From assembly GCA_030141605.1 (NCBI GenBank), contig JAQGDQ010000387.1, positions 1-64,000 of the forward strand: a DNA stretch of 64,000 nt, given 5' to 3'. Position numbers and translations under genes: made by a program. The notes below the pieces were generated by a model that was not told the origin of the DNA, did no database searches, and worked only from the letters and a program-made list of their open reading frames with translations. Below are positions 1 through 13,281 of the stretch, one piece after another (within the stretch, counting starts at the first letter, position 1; each line of letters opens with the position of its first letter). The stretch is from Tubiluchus corallicola (lineage: Eukaryota > Animalia > Priapulida).

Positions 1-1879
1 TATATTACTGTACATCGAAGAAGTGTAATTCATTACTGGCGTCACGAAATAGTATTTTCGTGGCAATAAAAGCTTAGTATTAAAATAAGTGTTCTTTTTT
101 TTAGTATCGTCTTAATGCACTGAATGCGTTCAATTTGAGTTTGTTTCTACTTGCCTCATAGTCTATCCACAAGAGCTTTTCTAGCTCAAAGATGAACTTG
201 TGGTAACAAGACTACAGTGAAAGGAAATTTGTTATCCAAGAGCCAAAGCGTCTGCTGTAAAGTAATTTGGCGACCGTAAAATCTGAAACATTCTACAGTT
301 TACGAGTGAGTTTATTAACGTCAAAGATCATTGTAATTATTAAGCCCATTTGAAGTCAGAGCATACATTACCAACCTAATCACTGCCTGTCATTCGTTGA
401 ACATTTCAACGACAGCTGACTAAATTTACTTTTTACTTTTTCCTGCACTGACATTATTTGCTATTAATATTTAGCTGTTGCATCAAGCATTATTTATGAA
501 CTGTTGACAGACATAAACTGTTCCATAGTTTAAAACAACTTAAATTGGCTGCCATTTAAAAATTCTATTAATATTACATCTGCTAATAAAGCCCATTTAC
601 AAAGGAGATTTTCGTTCATTAATAATCCATTTAAAATTACAAGACAGCGGGGCAATTGCAAAATCCCGGCAAGAACCTCTTCGAAAGCAATGAGTAGTTT
701 CGTGGTACTAAATTCTGGAACCATCTAGATTGTTTTATTTTGAATATTGTAAAAAACAGGTCAAAAAGAAAATTTTAGAGAAAAGTAGGTAGTTGATGCC
801 TTTTTATGTACATAATATTTTAAATGTCTTTTAAAATGAGTATTTATTTTAAAGAGGTTTTTAACTTTATGTGCATACAATAACTTTTTAAAAAAAATGA
901 AATATATTCTATTATATAATAAGATATATTATAAGAATAATGTTAATAATCATGCTCATTTGATTAATCTGAGAAAGGATGGACTGTACAAGTCTTACAC
1001 ATCATCCTTCCCTGGAATTCATATATTTTATTTTAAATTATGCAACAATTTTTCATTTTAATCATGTAACTTTAATTGTGTTTTTAATTTTATTGTGTTC
1101 ATAGTACATTTAATTCGATGAAGAAAAATAAATTTATTCAGTTCAATTCTATGCCGACTGCTATGCAACATTGGTGTGTAGGTGGATGACGTAATCCTGA
1201 GAATTATCAATGAGATTAAAACGAGGCTCATAACAGACGTGAGAAAATGAATCTTGAATTAGTCGTACATGAATATTGCTTTAGATATTGATATAATCAG
1301 TGCCAGTGTACCAACTTCTGCAAACTGTCGACAACAGCTAATCAATTTCTGTCGATGGTTTCTAAGGTTTCATAGTGAAAACTTTTCACAACGCTATATT
1401 GTGTATTGCAGTAGGTATAAATTGAAATCAGATTCTTGACGCGGAAGATCACTGCAGAGCTAAAGGGTTACTCCTTACTAAGCTGATCACGACGGAGATA
1501 AATTCTCCACATGGACGCTATTCGTTAAATAAACACTGCAAAATTTTCCCGTAAGTGAACAACAGCGAGAAAGACAACGACAACGTATTCACGGCGACAC
1601 AGACCACTTTATAGAGTCACTTTGCAAGCGGGCAACCCAAAAATCTATGAGAACGAGAAACAGATTATGCAGCAGTATTCCTATAGTGCTGTCAGGATAA
1701 ACAGTATGAACCTCACTATGATATTACCAAAGTGCATCAGCATGAAGTTTAGCCAACTCCAAACGAACTGATTAACAGAAGAAAATACAAAATCAGTTCA
1801 CCAACCAGCCTGGCCCTGTTGTTCATTTTCTCATTGTCAGCTTAAACCATAAGAAAACATTCTCCGTCAATAAATCTTT

Positions 1880-2289
1880 AAAAATTCATCTTGAAATTTC
1901 GCATAACTTATATGCTGTCTTATTGCACGCTGAGCTTGCGTTGACAGCAAGGCTGTATAAAACTGGTGAATTTAAACTCCCGGGATGACCGCTCGGCGCA
2001 GCCATTTTAACTGCAAGTCGTTTGAAATAGTTTAGATAACATTGCGTGAAGCTTGAAAAAATCCATCAGAATAAAAGTATAAATTACTTTATTCTGTCAA
2101 TAAGATTAATAATACGTTTTATGGTGAGTCAGCAGTGCACACTGGGACTGTGACACAGTGACGTTATACAGTGATTCAGCCAACATTTTAAATTACATAC
2201 TAAAATGGCCTTTTCTAGTTATACATGTCTTTCAAACAGATGATGTTCGAAAAGATAGTCGCACATTTAAAATTCCCTTTTCTTCCTCT
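1880..2289 (+). mobile_element. Dispersed ~480-bp non-autonomous element, copy 1 (Kolobok-like, ends at TTAA)
   Basis: Shares the blocks TGTCTTATTGCA...AAACTCCC..ATGACC and ACTTTAT..TGTCAATAAGA with copies at 27.9, 50.0 and 51.7 kb. Ends CTCT-TTAA. The 5' boundary is approximate. Confidence 0.55.
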
Positions 2290-2293
2290 TTAA

Positions 2294-2800
2294 AGGAAAG
2301 GGCAAACCTTCTAGGCGGTTAGAATTATTTCAATGTTCGCGAAAAATGTTAAAAGGATTTAGTAATAAAGCTGCAATAAGCGCCTCGTGTAATTAGTAAA
2401 ATCACTTTAAAGTCGCGATCAGTTCAGGCTTGGGCGCTGCCATTTTCGTAGCCCATTCTTCTTCCAATAATGTCGTTCGGCTTGAAAAAGTAACTGTCAA
2501 GTAACTAACACACTATCAATCTTCACCAAAAATATAATAAATTTAAAAAAAATAGATAGGTAAGATTTTTGTAATATTTTTGCGTGAACATTAGGCAAGA
2601 TGCAAAAGTTTGAACAAGCAGCGCGCGCTTACGGAAAGCCACGATGCGGTTACGAAAAGTCACGAAGTTCCCAGTTACGTCATGTTTTTCAAAGTGAATG
2701 GCAGCTATCAGGCGCGCTTGAAAATTTCTATTCGGAGATAGTATATTTTATGTTTAAGCTGTACAGACAGTTTTTGCGAATTTCTGTATTGTATTTTTCT
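2294..2800 (+). mobile_element. Second TTAA-flanked (Kolobok-like) element abutting copy 1
   Basis: Begins TTAA-AGGAAAGGGCAAACCTTCT...TTCAATGTTCGCGAAAAATGTTA; a near-identical start occurs at 46482-46545. The right boundary is uncertain. Confidence 0.4.
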
Positions 2801-3504
2801 AAATTTAAGTGATAACAGTAAAATAAACCCAACATACTGAGTGACTTGTTCTTTCCCTTAAGCACTGACAATAATTATTTACAGTTGCAATTATTATTAC
2901 ACCAAACCTTGGAAAATTCTGTGTTGTCTTTTGGGAGTTCTTTAAGCCCACCGGTATCCACACGAAATAGTTGAGCGATCGAATTGGAAATTTCGTGTCT
3001 GAACACAACGGATTTTACCCAAAATCAAAATTATCATTTATAGAGGTTTAGCGTTGCAGACCTCGCTGAAGAGCGATTAAATGTCAACACACTAAAGATT
3101 GACCTTCCAGACGTTCAATACGATGATTACTAGGAAAAAAAGCAAGACGTCAACACGCGAGAAAAGCAATAAAATTGCCTGACATTTGGTAGCCATTGAG
3201 GGCAGACTGAAAGAGATGAGTCTATTTGTAATTTGTGCTTCTTTAATAAATCTATTATATTATGACGGTTTTAATTTATCACGTAGCCTCACTTTATTTT
3301 CACCATCTTAATAAAAAAAGCTTGCTGGACAGAATCTACTCACATTTTGCAAATCAGTTGGTTATAATACATGGCATACTTTCCTCACAGGGTTCCATAC
3401 ATATGTATTCTAGTATTTTAATTACCGTTAAAACAAAGCATCTCATTGTACAAAGCTCACTGAACAATAAAATGCATAATCAATAGAGTAGTCCGTAACA
3501 TGTT

Positions 3505-3860
3505 CATTTATCATCATCATCATCATTGTCATTATAGCCACCATAACCATCACCATCATAATTATGATCATCATCATCGTCGTCGTCGTCATCATCATTC
3601 ATCACATCATCACCATCATCCTTATAACCATCATAACAATCATCATCATAATTATGAACATCATCACCATCATCGCCGTCATCTTCATCATCATCGTCAT
3701 CATCATCATTCGTCACATCATCACCATCATCATCATCACCATCATCGTTATAACCATCATTACCGTCATCATCATAATTATGAGCATCATCACCATCATC
3801 GCCGGCATCATCATCATCATGACTGTCATCCTCCTCATTATCATCACCATCAACATCATC
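3505..3860. repeat. Degenerate (CAT/CAC/CGT)n trinucleotide microsatellite
   Basis: Directly visible; it produces the spurious poly-His, poly-Ile and poly-Asp ORFs. Confidence 0.9.
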
Positions 3861-4257
3861 TGTAGTAAAAGACCTCTGTAGAGTGTATTTGTCGTATTTT
3901 CTTAGATCAATAATAAAGTTGACGTTGCCTTTTTTGGACTAAATCACTAACGTGATTGTATTGTTTGGGCTAAACACGTACTAATAAATTGTAAATAAAA
4001 TATTAGATTGGTAGATCAGAAGTTTCAGTTCTATCTGCTCTGTACAGTACAGAATGCTGAAAATCTTGTGATGAAGTCTAGCTGATGAAGTATCAGATGA
4101 CTGACTTATCCTGAACAAAGACAGTTCATGATTCTTGTTTTTTTGTCTTAATATCATGTTCAGTACTTAAAAGTGAGCTTATGTGCTTATTAACTCTTTC
4201 CAAAACTTAGTATATTCATTCTTTTGCCTTTACGTTATGATTTTTTTCAAAATGAAT

Positions 4258-4344
<87 letters not shown>
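4258..4344. repeat. (CT)n microsatellite
   Basis: Directly visible. Confidence 0.95.
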
Positions 4345-6319
4345 TTAGAAATTTAGAAATGTTAATCCATCAGTATCTCATCGACACATTGTTGGTCAAC
4401 CTTCAGTCCATCACACACATTGTCAGTCCGCAAGAACTGAGATTCCTTCGTCCGAAACAACACAGTCAAAGGGAAAACTCACATTAGAGTTCAGTGGATC
4501 AAGTTTCATTGCGTGCGGAATACAGTCCACAAATTGCTTTTGTCAAGTGCCATGCATGCACGATCAGTTAGCTCTGATGGCTTCTAAAGCAAATACGTTT
4601 CGTAGGAAGTGTTCAAAATATTACACGTTATGCCATTAAATTATAAATTGTGCTTATGCTGTTATGTGTGCAAATATGAAATATTCTGTGCAGACTTTTT
4701 CACTTAATTAACTGCACGGATGAGGTGAAACGCATTTTTTTCGTAGTTAGTTTGTCTGCATTAGGTATGCGTTTAGTAGGCCAATAATCTGGCGGCAAGG
4801 CTGCTCCCCTGTGAGTAATCATCACCTCTTTCATAACTTTGAAATAAGCATTGTTTATCCTCAAACGAAATTCTTTGATAAACCATAATATCGGCAGAAA
4901 AGAATAAATCGGTTCCCACTTCCCAATGAACAGTGAATCACTAATTAGTTTTTTAAGTAATGCATTAGCACTGCATTAATGAATTAGTTTCTCTCAAGAA
5001 ACATTGTTTATTTTAAGAATTTATTGTTTTCTCTAACAGTTCTAATGGTATGTAATGTTTACAGAATTTTAGTGAACTATTAGTAGACCTATAACGTTGT
5101 TATTTTAACTTAAGAGCAATTATTAAATTGAAATTAAAGAAGATTAAATTTAACATCCTTAAACTTTAACACCTATCCACATTTGAGATACCCCTGTCAG
5201 ATTTGACTTGACATGTGTCTACATTTGATTTGCCAAAAGCGCTTAAGATTTGTTGAGAACCATTGTTAACACATTTTAACTACCTAAGTCTACATTTGAG
5301 TTATCAAGACACATTTGAATTACCTAAATCTACATTTGAGTTAACGCAGGTCTACATTTGACATGTAAAACCTATACTAACAATCCTAGCTACTGTCCAA
5401 AAATATGTTAATATATTCTCCATGTGATATGCTTTCTATATAATACATTAAAGGAAAAAAAGCAGTTTTTCAGAGCATACGTCATTTGAAATTTGATCTA
5501 AAAAACACAAAAACACAGTTCATTAGTTATAATTATCAACAAAGTGTTTCTGCTAATGAAGTAATAATTGGAAAAGTTAATTAATGCCCCGCGAACACAG
5601 CTTGCCATGACGTCACTATTTGTGAAAATTAACTTTGAAATACGAAACTCCAGTGGAAATTGCTAGGAAATACGAAAACCCGGAAATTTTAATGTTCATG
5701 AGTTTAATTTTTCATTTCATCACACGCCAAATGCGTGATTTGGTGAGGCTGCAACAACGTTATGATGGATTGTGTTCTGCTGTCACAACCACAATATATT
5801 TTTGCGCATGCGTAATATATCAGGCAGAGAACGTCGCACAACAATGAAAAACTAAAACGAAATTCTAAAATGTAATATTTTCCATTTTATGTTTTGCAAT
5901 GTAGAATATGTTGAACAGTGGTTTAAATTTGGTTACTCTTTTCCTTTAATATTTTTTTACAAACCTGCATACCCTGAAGACCTGAAAACTCTCTTGCGAA
6001 AGAAGGCTGTTCAAACAGTTACTGTGATTAATCAGTAAACAATAGTCCATATTAGCGATATTTGTGAAGGGTTCTATTTCGTTATTGTGGTCTCTCTTCC
6101 TGCGTTAGTTGATATAAGATAGTTGTAGTCTCGTAAGATTACAAAGTAGCGATATTAACCGTTTATTCACCTGCAAAAGTTGTCAATTTTTCTCGCATTG
6201 CTGACAATGCCAACGACACGATCACTGAACTTCTAAAGCGAGAGCATTCATATTATGAGCTAATAAATTATTGATATCATAATTATTACCATTGTATACA
6301 TATGTACTCAATGAGCATA

Positions 6320-6415
6320 TTCACCACCACCACCATCATCATTATCATCTTCACCACCCACCCCACCCCTCCACAACCGCTGCCGTCGTTGTCATCGTCA
6401 TCATCATCATCATCA
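6320..6415. repeat. Short (CAC/CAT)n microsatellite
   Basis: Directly visible; followed by sequence paralogous to ~3990-4120. Confidence 0.75.
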
Positions 6416-6805
6416 ACTGCAGCACAAGAGCTCTGTAAATTGTATCAGTTCTTGAGTAAATATTAGACTGCTAGTCAGAAGTTTGACTTTTAACAACACT
6501 ATATAGTACAGAATAGTGAACATCTTGCGATGAAATATGGCTGATGAAGATTCAGATGACCGACTTTTATTCTGAAGAAGGAACTATATGACGGTCACAA
6601 TACCATGTATACGACATTGGAGACAGTGCAACGTGTGGCAACAACACCCTATTATCAAATTACGTTACATTTACAGTCTATTTTATTTATTTCCCGTCAG
6701 TTTAATACATAAAAATACACAAGTCTGTAAAGGCCATTTTCCGATATACATTGTATTAATCAATACAACAATACTGATGTACTGAAATTGAACGAAACTG
6801 ATTTA

Positions 6806-6935
6806 AATGAGTGAACGAAACGAAATAAATGAATAAATGAATGAATGAATGAATGAAATGAACGAACGAAACAACGAACGAACGAGTGAGCGAACGAACG
6901 AACGAATGAATAAATGAAACAATGAGTGAATGAAA
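6806..6935. repeat. (GAAT/GAAC)n tetranucleotide microsatellite
   Basis: Directly visible. Confidence 0.9.
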
Positions 6936-7934
6936 CACATTTAAGTAATATCACTGTAGCCTAATGAAATACAATACTTTACAAGGCGTAAAAATTCTCT
7001 TAGATAATTGTGATAATTAGATAATTAACATTAAAAATGTTAATGATAATTCACGTGCCAAATGAAATCCACGATATGTGAAAGGTTAACTTGTATTTTA
7101 ATTTACAATTCTGCCAAGAAATTGAATAAGCGCTTTTGAAAATTAATTTGGCGTGACTAATTAGTTTCTCCGTTTTTTCTTGAGATTTTTATATTTAAAT
7201 GATTCTGATGCTCGTGTTCAACAGCATACTGTACTTATTCCAAAACGTGCAAAATGTGTAAAACCAAATGAACTTATACATTTCAGTAATTGCAGTTAAT
7301 TAGCCAGATATCTAAGCCATCGTGCTATGTGTGCTGGTTGTCATTACGGAACAGGTGCTGAGGTGGAATACGCACCTGCCCGTCAGCCCACTGAACCGAC
7401 TAGGCCGTTCCATAGCGAAAGTTTTCAACGCCACTATGCAATGGCTTCGTATGGACGAGTCCATCACAACGTAGAGGGGGCGTCTAAAATAAATGGCTTC
7501 ATCCCCGTAACACTATTATCAATGACACGTTGTGACACTCAATGTAATTATATCACTGTTATTGTGGACGCTTGTTGTTCCTTTAATTATTAAAATTAGC
7601 TTTCCCACGACTTCATCAGCCTACCTGTAAACCAGTTTCATGCTCTGATTTTCTCGCGGTCATTCGCACGATGTTTTAGAATTTCTGTTTTTCATGGGTA
7701 ATTTGTGGGGAGAGCCTGGGAGTCATCGCATAATTAGGGACGATTTTAATGCAGTAATTAGAGTGAATACAGCACGAATCTCTTTGCTTTTTTTTAAACG
7801 CAGAAGCTTACAAATATCGACAAAATAGCGTGTCATCACTCACGACATCTATTATAGTTCTAAGCACGCCTGGCTTCACATTTTAATCCCTGCAAGCGTT
7901 TTTCATTTTACCTTTTAAAAAGTTGCCGGGTGTT

Positions 7935-8270
7935 CAGACGTTCCAGATTCGAAAATGTATGCATGCAAGGGTTTAATTTCGAAGACTAATATCACGTAAT
8001 AATGCTGTGCGTTATAATTAATGTTGAAATTGGAATAAAAATGGACTTTGATGCAGATGGGAAGAGATCTAGACGTTTCAGATTCACAAATGTTTGCGTG
8101 CACGGTTCAAATTTAGAAATTAATCTATTAATTAATCAATTTTGCATTTCAGCTTGGAATAAAAATCGACTTTGATGCAGATGGGAAGACATCTAGACGT
8201 TCCAGATTCACAAATGTTTACATGCAAGCGCTACGTTCAGAAAATTAATATTAATTAATTTATTTTGCAC
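7935..8270. repeat. Degenerate ~125-135 bp tandem duplication (about 2.5 copies)
   Basis: AGACGTT(C/T)CAGATTC.AAATGT recurs near 7936, 8071 and 8195; GACTTTGATGCAGATGGGAAGA occurs twice. Confidence 0.75.
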
Positions 8271-8425
8271 TTCAATATTACCTTTAGCGCATGTGGGTAG
8301 GATGGCCAGAGATTCTCAAAACGACGGGCAGATAGATATTGCTAACTCAGAGCTGATCAGCAATGATGTTCTTAATAAAAAATGTGATTTAATATGCGAA
8401 TTTATTGTATGTAAAAGAATATATA

Positions 8426-9480
8426 CCAGGTGACGCAAAAAAACGTGCCGAAATTTTGATCGCAATATTATACAAAAGTGGTAATGGAATCGCTCGAAAA
8501 TTACTACACTGATGTTACAAAGACTTTTGTGAAAACACCAAAAATTCTAGGACATTCCCTTGGACTTTTCCAAAAATACTGAAGATTTAAAACAACAAGT
8601 GTAAAAAGTAAATGCCGGCAACAGTTTTGTCTCTACTGTTAATGTTTACAACAACAACAACAACAACTGCTCTATGTGCCAGCATTTTCGCTGGAAACTA
8701 GACGAAGGCGTTTCTTCCAACAGCTGACTGTTCTTCTTTAAGGAGTATCTAATCCCAGCACTAGTCAATTTTGGTCTTTACTTCCACTAAAGACATTTAA
8801 ATTAATATGACGTAATCACTTAATTTATTGTCCAGTTCAGCATAATTACATTATCGCATTGTAACTGTTATACATCAAATCAATTGTAATTACAATAATT
8901 GTAAAAGAACTATATTAATGTAGTGGCAAGCTGCATAATAGTGTTATCAACCATGCAGCATATACTTCATGCTGACAAATATTAATATGTCACTATATTA
9001 ATATAGTTCATTTACAATTATTGTAATTACAATTGATTTGATGTACATTTACAATGTGATGATGTAATTATGCTCAAGTGGACAATAACTTACGTCATTA
9101 CGTCATATTAATTCAAATGTCTCTATGCCTCTGGGAATTCCAGATTCCGTAGTTCATAGGATTGAGTTTCACATGCTGTCTTGACAACAAATCTGTATCA
9201 GCATTTTATTTTCTGAGGTAAAGACCATCATGCCACGTATTGAGCGCTTTAAATAAGATAACGTGGTTGTTTTTCTGGTGATGATCAGCTGACATTGGTC
9301 CGGCATTTAAATTTTTGACATTCAAAGGTTTTTCGGACATGATTTAAGAATTACTAAAACAGTGAACTTGTAGCTTTCATAATCAAAAGCCAACGAAGCG
9401 TGGTATCAAGCCGTGAAATTTTAACTTGCTTCTAAAGTTATTGCAGTCTAAACTTCGGCTCATTTTTTTGCACCACCCGA
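8426..9480. mobile_element. Tc1/mariner-like non-autonomous element
   Basis: Imperfect ~40-bp TIRs: CCAGGTGACGCAAAAAAACGTGCCGAAATTTTGATCGCAATA versus the reverse-complemented right end TCGGGTGGTGCAAAAAAATGAGCCGAAGTTTAGACTGCAATA. TA on both flanks. Confidence 0.65.
8791..9122. mobile_element. ~330-bp fold-back (long palindromic) MITE nested in the mariner-like element
   Basis: The arms AGACATTT.AATTAATATGACGTAAT...CATCAAATCAATTGTAATTACAATAATTGTAAA are mirrored as TTTACAATTATTGTAATTACAATTGATTTGATG...ATTACGTCATATTAATT.AAATGTCT. Confidence 0.8.
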
Positions 9481-10286
9481 TATTTATTGTAAAAGAAGTA
9501 TAATTATAAATGTCAAAAAATACATGTAATTTTATGTACATGAGTGCTACAACTTAGATGGTGACTCGTATAACCGTTTATTGAAGAGGAATGTTAGAGT
9601 AGGAAAAACTGCCTAAACACGCTAAAGATAATGTCACGACAAGTCTGATAATTAAATAGAATACAGTTAAAGAGACCAGGTTGCCGAATAACTGGCAGAA
9701 CCATCGAGTAAATGTACAATAATTACACACTAACGCAAAAAACTTTTATTCATTTGAAAATATTCACCTTAAACACTCTTTGCCACCATCTATAACAAGT
9801 TACTTTTCCAACTTAGTAGCTGACGTAATCCTAAAATTATAGAGTTCTACAGAAAATAATTCTGGGAAAAATTAGGAAGATCCCCAGGCCAAACACAAAA
9901 CCGGAGAAACGAAAATGCAACAGTTGTTCCATTATATGTAAAATTCTATGGCAAATAAAAAAGTTCTAGAAATAAGAAAACAAAGATTGTGCATGTTGCT
10001 TCAAAATGATGAACGAAAAAAGAACAAAATGGAAAAAATCACAAGAAATTGCTAAAAATATTTTTATTTATATTATTATCACATAAAAAAGGATATCACA
10101 CTGAAAAGGATGCAAGCTCATAGAAAAAAACATAGAAACACAGCAGATAAAAACACAAAGTAGAAATACAGAAGTGTAAAATCACTAACCACTGTATCAG
10201 AACAGAATTTGTTACTAATTAAAAATTAAATTCTTAAGCAAAAGATACAAATAAACAAAAACATGTTATGATTCTACAAAACTTAC

Positions 10287-10610
10287 CTCAAGAGCGATGT
10301 AAAAAGAGTGATCAGCATTGTGGGAGAAATTAAACAGCAAGTCGCTGCAGGCGAGGTACACCAGAAATCTCTCGCTTACTGGCCATTTGGAAAAAGCAAA
10401 ACGAGTCTTTTTAGTTCTGCCGAAACAAAACGAACCTATTATCACCCCAAATCCACCCAAAATACTGAGCTGGATGTTCACCAAGGCTGTCACGTGGATT
10501 AGATAAAACGTGGATGTGGTGTGGCCACATTCGTCCAGCCCAGTTACGGGCAAACTGTGCCCGTCTGAGGTATTTGGCCGCGTGTAGTTACAACTGGGCG
10601 CCATATCCAT
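10287..10610 (-). CDS. First coding exon (108 codons) of a GPCR-like 7TM receptor: N-terminus, TM1 and TM2
   Basis: Translates MDMAPSCNYTRPNTSDG...FYLIHVTALVNIQLSILGGFGVIIGSF...KWPVSERFLVYLACSDLLFNFSHNADHSFYIALE, then a phase-0 GTAAGT donor (10281-10286). It has N-terminal sequons NYT and NTS, two hydrophobic helices, and a TM2 LAxxD motif typical of GPCRs. Confidence 0.75.
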
Positions 10611-10802
10611 GACTTCCACTAAACTGGGCCATAGAGAGCAAACGCAACGCGAGCATAAGTATTTCTGTTGACAAGGTCCTTTCAAACGTCTAAATTTTGC
10701 TAGTTACACCTTCCGTCGTTAGGAAAAACTTTGCCGCTCGTGGGCAGAAATTAAGACTTAATGAATCAAATAATGAGCCAAATAACTTCTTTCAGCGCGA
10801 CG

Positions 10803-10858
10803 TTTTATAGCAGTTGTTGTGAGCATAGACGTTTCTAAAGATCGAACAGCGCATGCGC
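10803..10858 (-). promoter_or_regulatory. Candidate core promoter of the GPCR-like gene (TATA box plus NRF1-type palindrome)
   Basis: TATAAAA on the minus strand at 10803-10809, about 195 bp upstream of the ATG; GCGCATGCGC at 10849-10858. Motif match only. Confidence 0.3.
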
Positions 10859-11299
10859 AATGCAAGTTGCAATATTCTTGATAAAATCATTTGACAATCT
10901 TCACTTCACCATACGCGAAGCCGTATAGACATGAGAAAAGCAATAAAAGAGTCTTTTAATAAAAAAAACTGCAAATAATCTTATTATTTAACTGTTGAAA
11001 TAAGTAAGAATCCTGGGCAGCTGTTTCATGTAAGCCTTAGAATAGTTGCAAACTTTACGTTAAATCCTGGGTAACCCGGAAGCAGAATCATAGCTAAGCG
11101 GCTTACGTACAAAGTATGAGCGGATTTGTAAACCACTTGGCACAGAAACCCCTAATGCCTGAAATAACGCCATAAATAATTTTCTAACGTATTACTGCCA
11201 ACACCACAAACAACAAATATGCGATGGCATTTATTGACCTTATTTAATCTTGAAGTCGAATTTGATCAGAAAATACAAAAAAGAGGAAAAGTCGGAATA

Positions 11300-11370
11300 C
11301 CTTCCACATCTGAACCAGGAATCTTTTGCTTACGAGGCGAACATCGTGACAGCTAGGCTGCCACACCCAG
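11300..11370 (-). mobile_element. Degenerate tRNA-derived SINE head
   Basis: The minus strand reads GGGTGTGGCAGCCTAGCTG...GATTCCTGGTTCAGAT, with A- and B-box-like motifs at tRNA spacing. No intact cloverleaf. Confidence 0.35.
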
Positions 11371-11734
11371 TGTCCATGATAGGTTCTAATGCAATCCTGA
11401 TAGTGGCCAACCAGTTCAGCTAAACGAGAGTTAATTAACTCACGCCAGATTAGTTAACTACTATCTAAGATTAATTAGTAAGCTTATAAAGTACCCAGCT
11501 ATACAAAACACAGCTATGATTTTAACAATGAAATACACTGCAGTACGAAATTTAACTTCGGATTTGAGCAAAATTAATAAGAAAAACTTCATAAGGTTGT
11601 AGCGATTAATTAGGTCTGATTAATTAGGTGTTAGAATGTTAGCAAATAACTTTTAAAACAAATAAATTCAGCCAGAAGGCCTACTTTAATCTATTATTTG
11701 CCCTTCATCATATCAGGAAAAAGCCATCAACTTA

Positions 11735-11959
11735 AGTACCGTTTGCGTAGCATTCGGATGCGTATGCGTTTCGGGCTGTGCGGAATAGATAAATCGGTTT
11801 ATGTTGTTTTTAATGCACCCGTTTATGCAGCCTGCGCATGCGTTATTCTTTTTCTGGATCTATTTCCTATTGATTTTTTCCGCGTGCTATTCCGCAAAAA
11901 AACACATCCGCATCCGCATGCGAAAACACACCGCATCCGCATGCTACACGAACGCCACT
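11735..11959. mobile_element. PIF/Harbinger-like (Tourist-type) MITE
   Basis: TIRs AGTACCGTTTGCGTAGCATTCGGATGCG and reverse-complemented AGTGGCGTTCGTGTAGCATGCGGATGCG; TTA on both flanks. Confidence 0.7.
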
Positions 11960-12172
11960 TTAGTCGATAATTAGTTTAACTCTTTCCAAATCACTAGTGG
12001 TCGCTAACGACATTAATTTACCTTCCACCTGTAAGTAAGAAATTCATGCATATTGCACTGATGTGGCTGCGTGCTGCTTTTCCACGACATCATTGTAATA
12101 ATTATGAGCTCTTTATAACAAGATGTAATTAAAATTTTGCCATTGGAAAATCTTACTGTTTTTCGTTGAGTT

Positions 12173-12462
<290 letters not shown>

Positions 12463-12874
12463 CTCCGCCACTTTAATGCTTAATAACTTCTCAGTCTTGC
12501 AAGCTAAGGTCACCAAACTCACAGGGTTGGTAGCCCTGGGGGACGTACAACAGTGTGGTGACCACTGACCACTGGTTCACTGGTTCATTTTTGTTTTCAT
12601 ATCATTAACGATTTCGAAATTAACAAGTAAAGAGAAAAATTGTTTGTTTTGCGTAGGTACGGCGAAATTGGATTCAAGCCACAAGACTAGTTGTTGCTTT
12701 TTCGGGGGGGGGGGAGTATATTAAGTGTGAATGTTCTCAATAAAGTAATGGTGTGGTACCTTTTATGTAATCTTTCTATTTTATTTGTTTATTATACGCC
12801 ATTTTATATAGCTTCAGCAACTGCTGATGGTATGCTATAATATGCGCGCTTTATAATTATGTATGACATAGGAT

Positions 12875-13281
12875 CGGGGTTGAATTACCCTATAGGCTAA
12901 TATAGGCTGCAGCCTACGGACCCTCAAGCTTTGTGGGCCCATACTTTGCACTGCTGAATTTAAAAAAGGAGGCCAGGAAGTCTGAAAATCCATGTTAAAG
13001 TGGCACCTCATTGGAGGTAAAGGGTCCCTGTTTGAGGCCTTTTATTTGAGACAAATGACTATTGTTTCAGGCCATTTATTCGAGATAATGGCCTTTCTTT
13101 GAAGGCCTTTATTGAAACATGGGGCCCCAGCTGTGCAAATGATGCTAAAACATATCATAAGTAAAAAATATTCGTGACGAGTGCCAGCAACTTACAGGGG
13201 GTGCTCCATTTGTGGGTGCCCCATAATTTCATCAGTTTAGGTCAGAATCCAAAAGGTCCCAAAAGGTCAGAATCCAGCCCG
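12875..13281. mobile_element. hAT-like MITE
   Basis: Perfect 8-bp target-site duplication CATAGGAT (12867-12874 and 13282-13289); short degenerate TIRs CGGGGTTGAATT and reverse-complemented CGGGCTGGATT. Confidence 0.7.

Noticed and set aside
3044-3133. Possible plus-strand terminal exon RFSVADLAEERLNVNTLKIDLPDVQYDDY* followed by AATAAA
   Set aside because: I found no phase-compatible upstream exon (a candidate at ~1432-1550 ends in phase 2) and recognise no homology.
3500-3881. Poly-His, poly-Asp and poly-Ile ORFs
   Set aside because: These are translations of a (CAT)n microsatellite, with no splice or protein context.
4080-4125. Hammerhead ribozyme core (CTGATGA), also at ~6541
   Set aside because: No GAAA follows a closable stem II in either copy.
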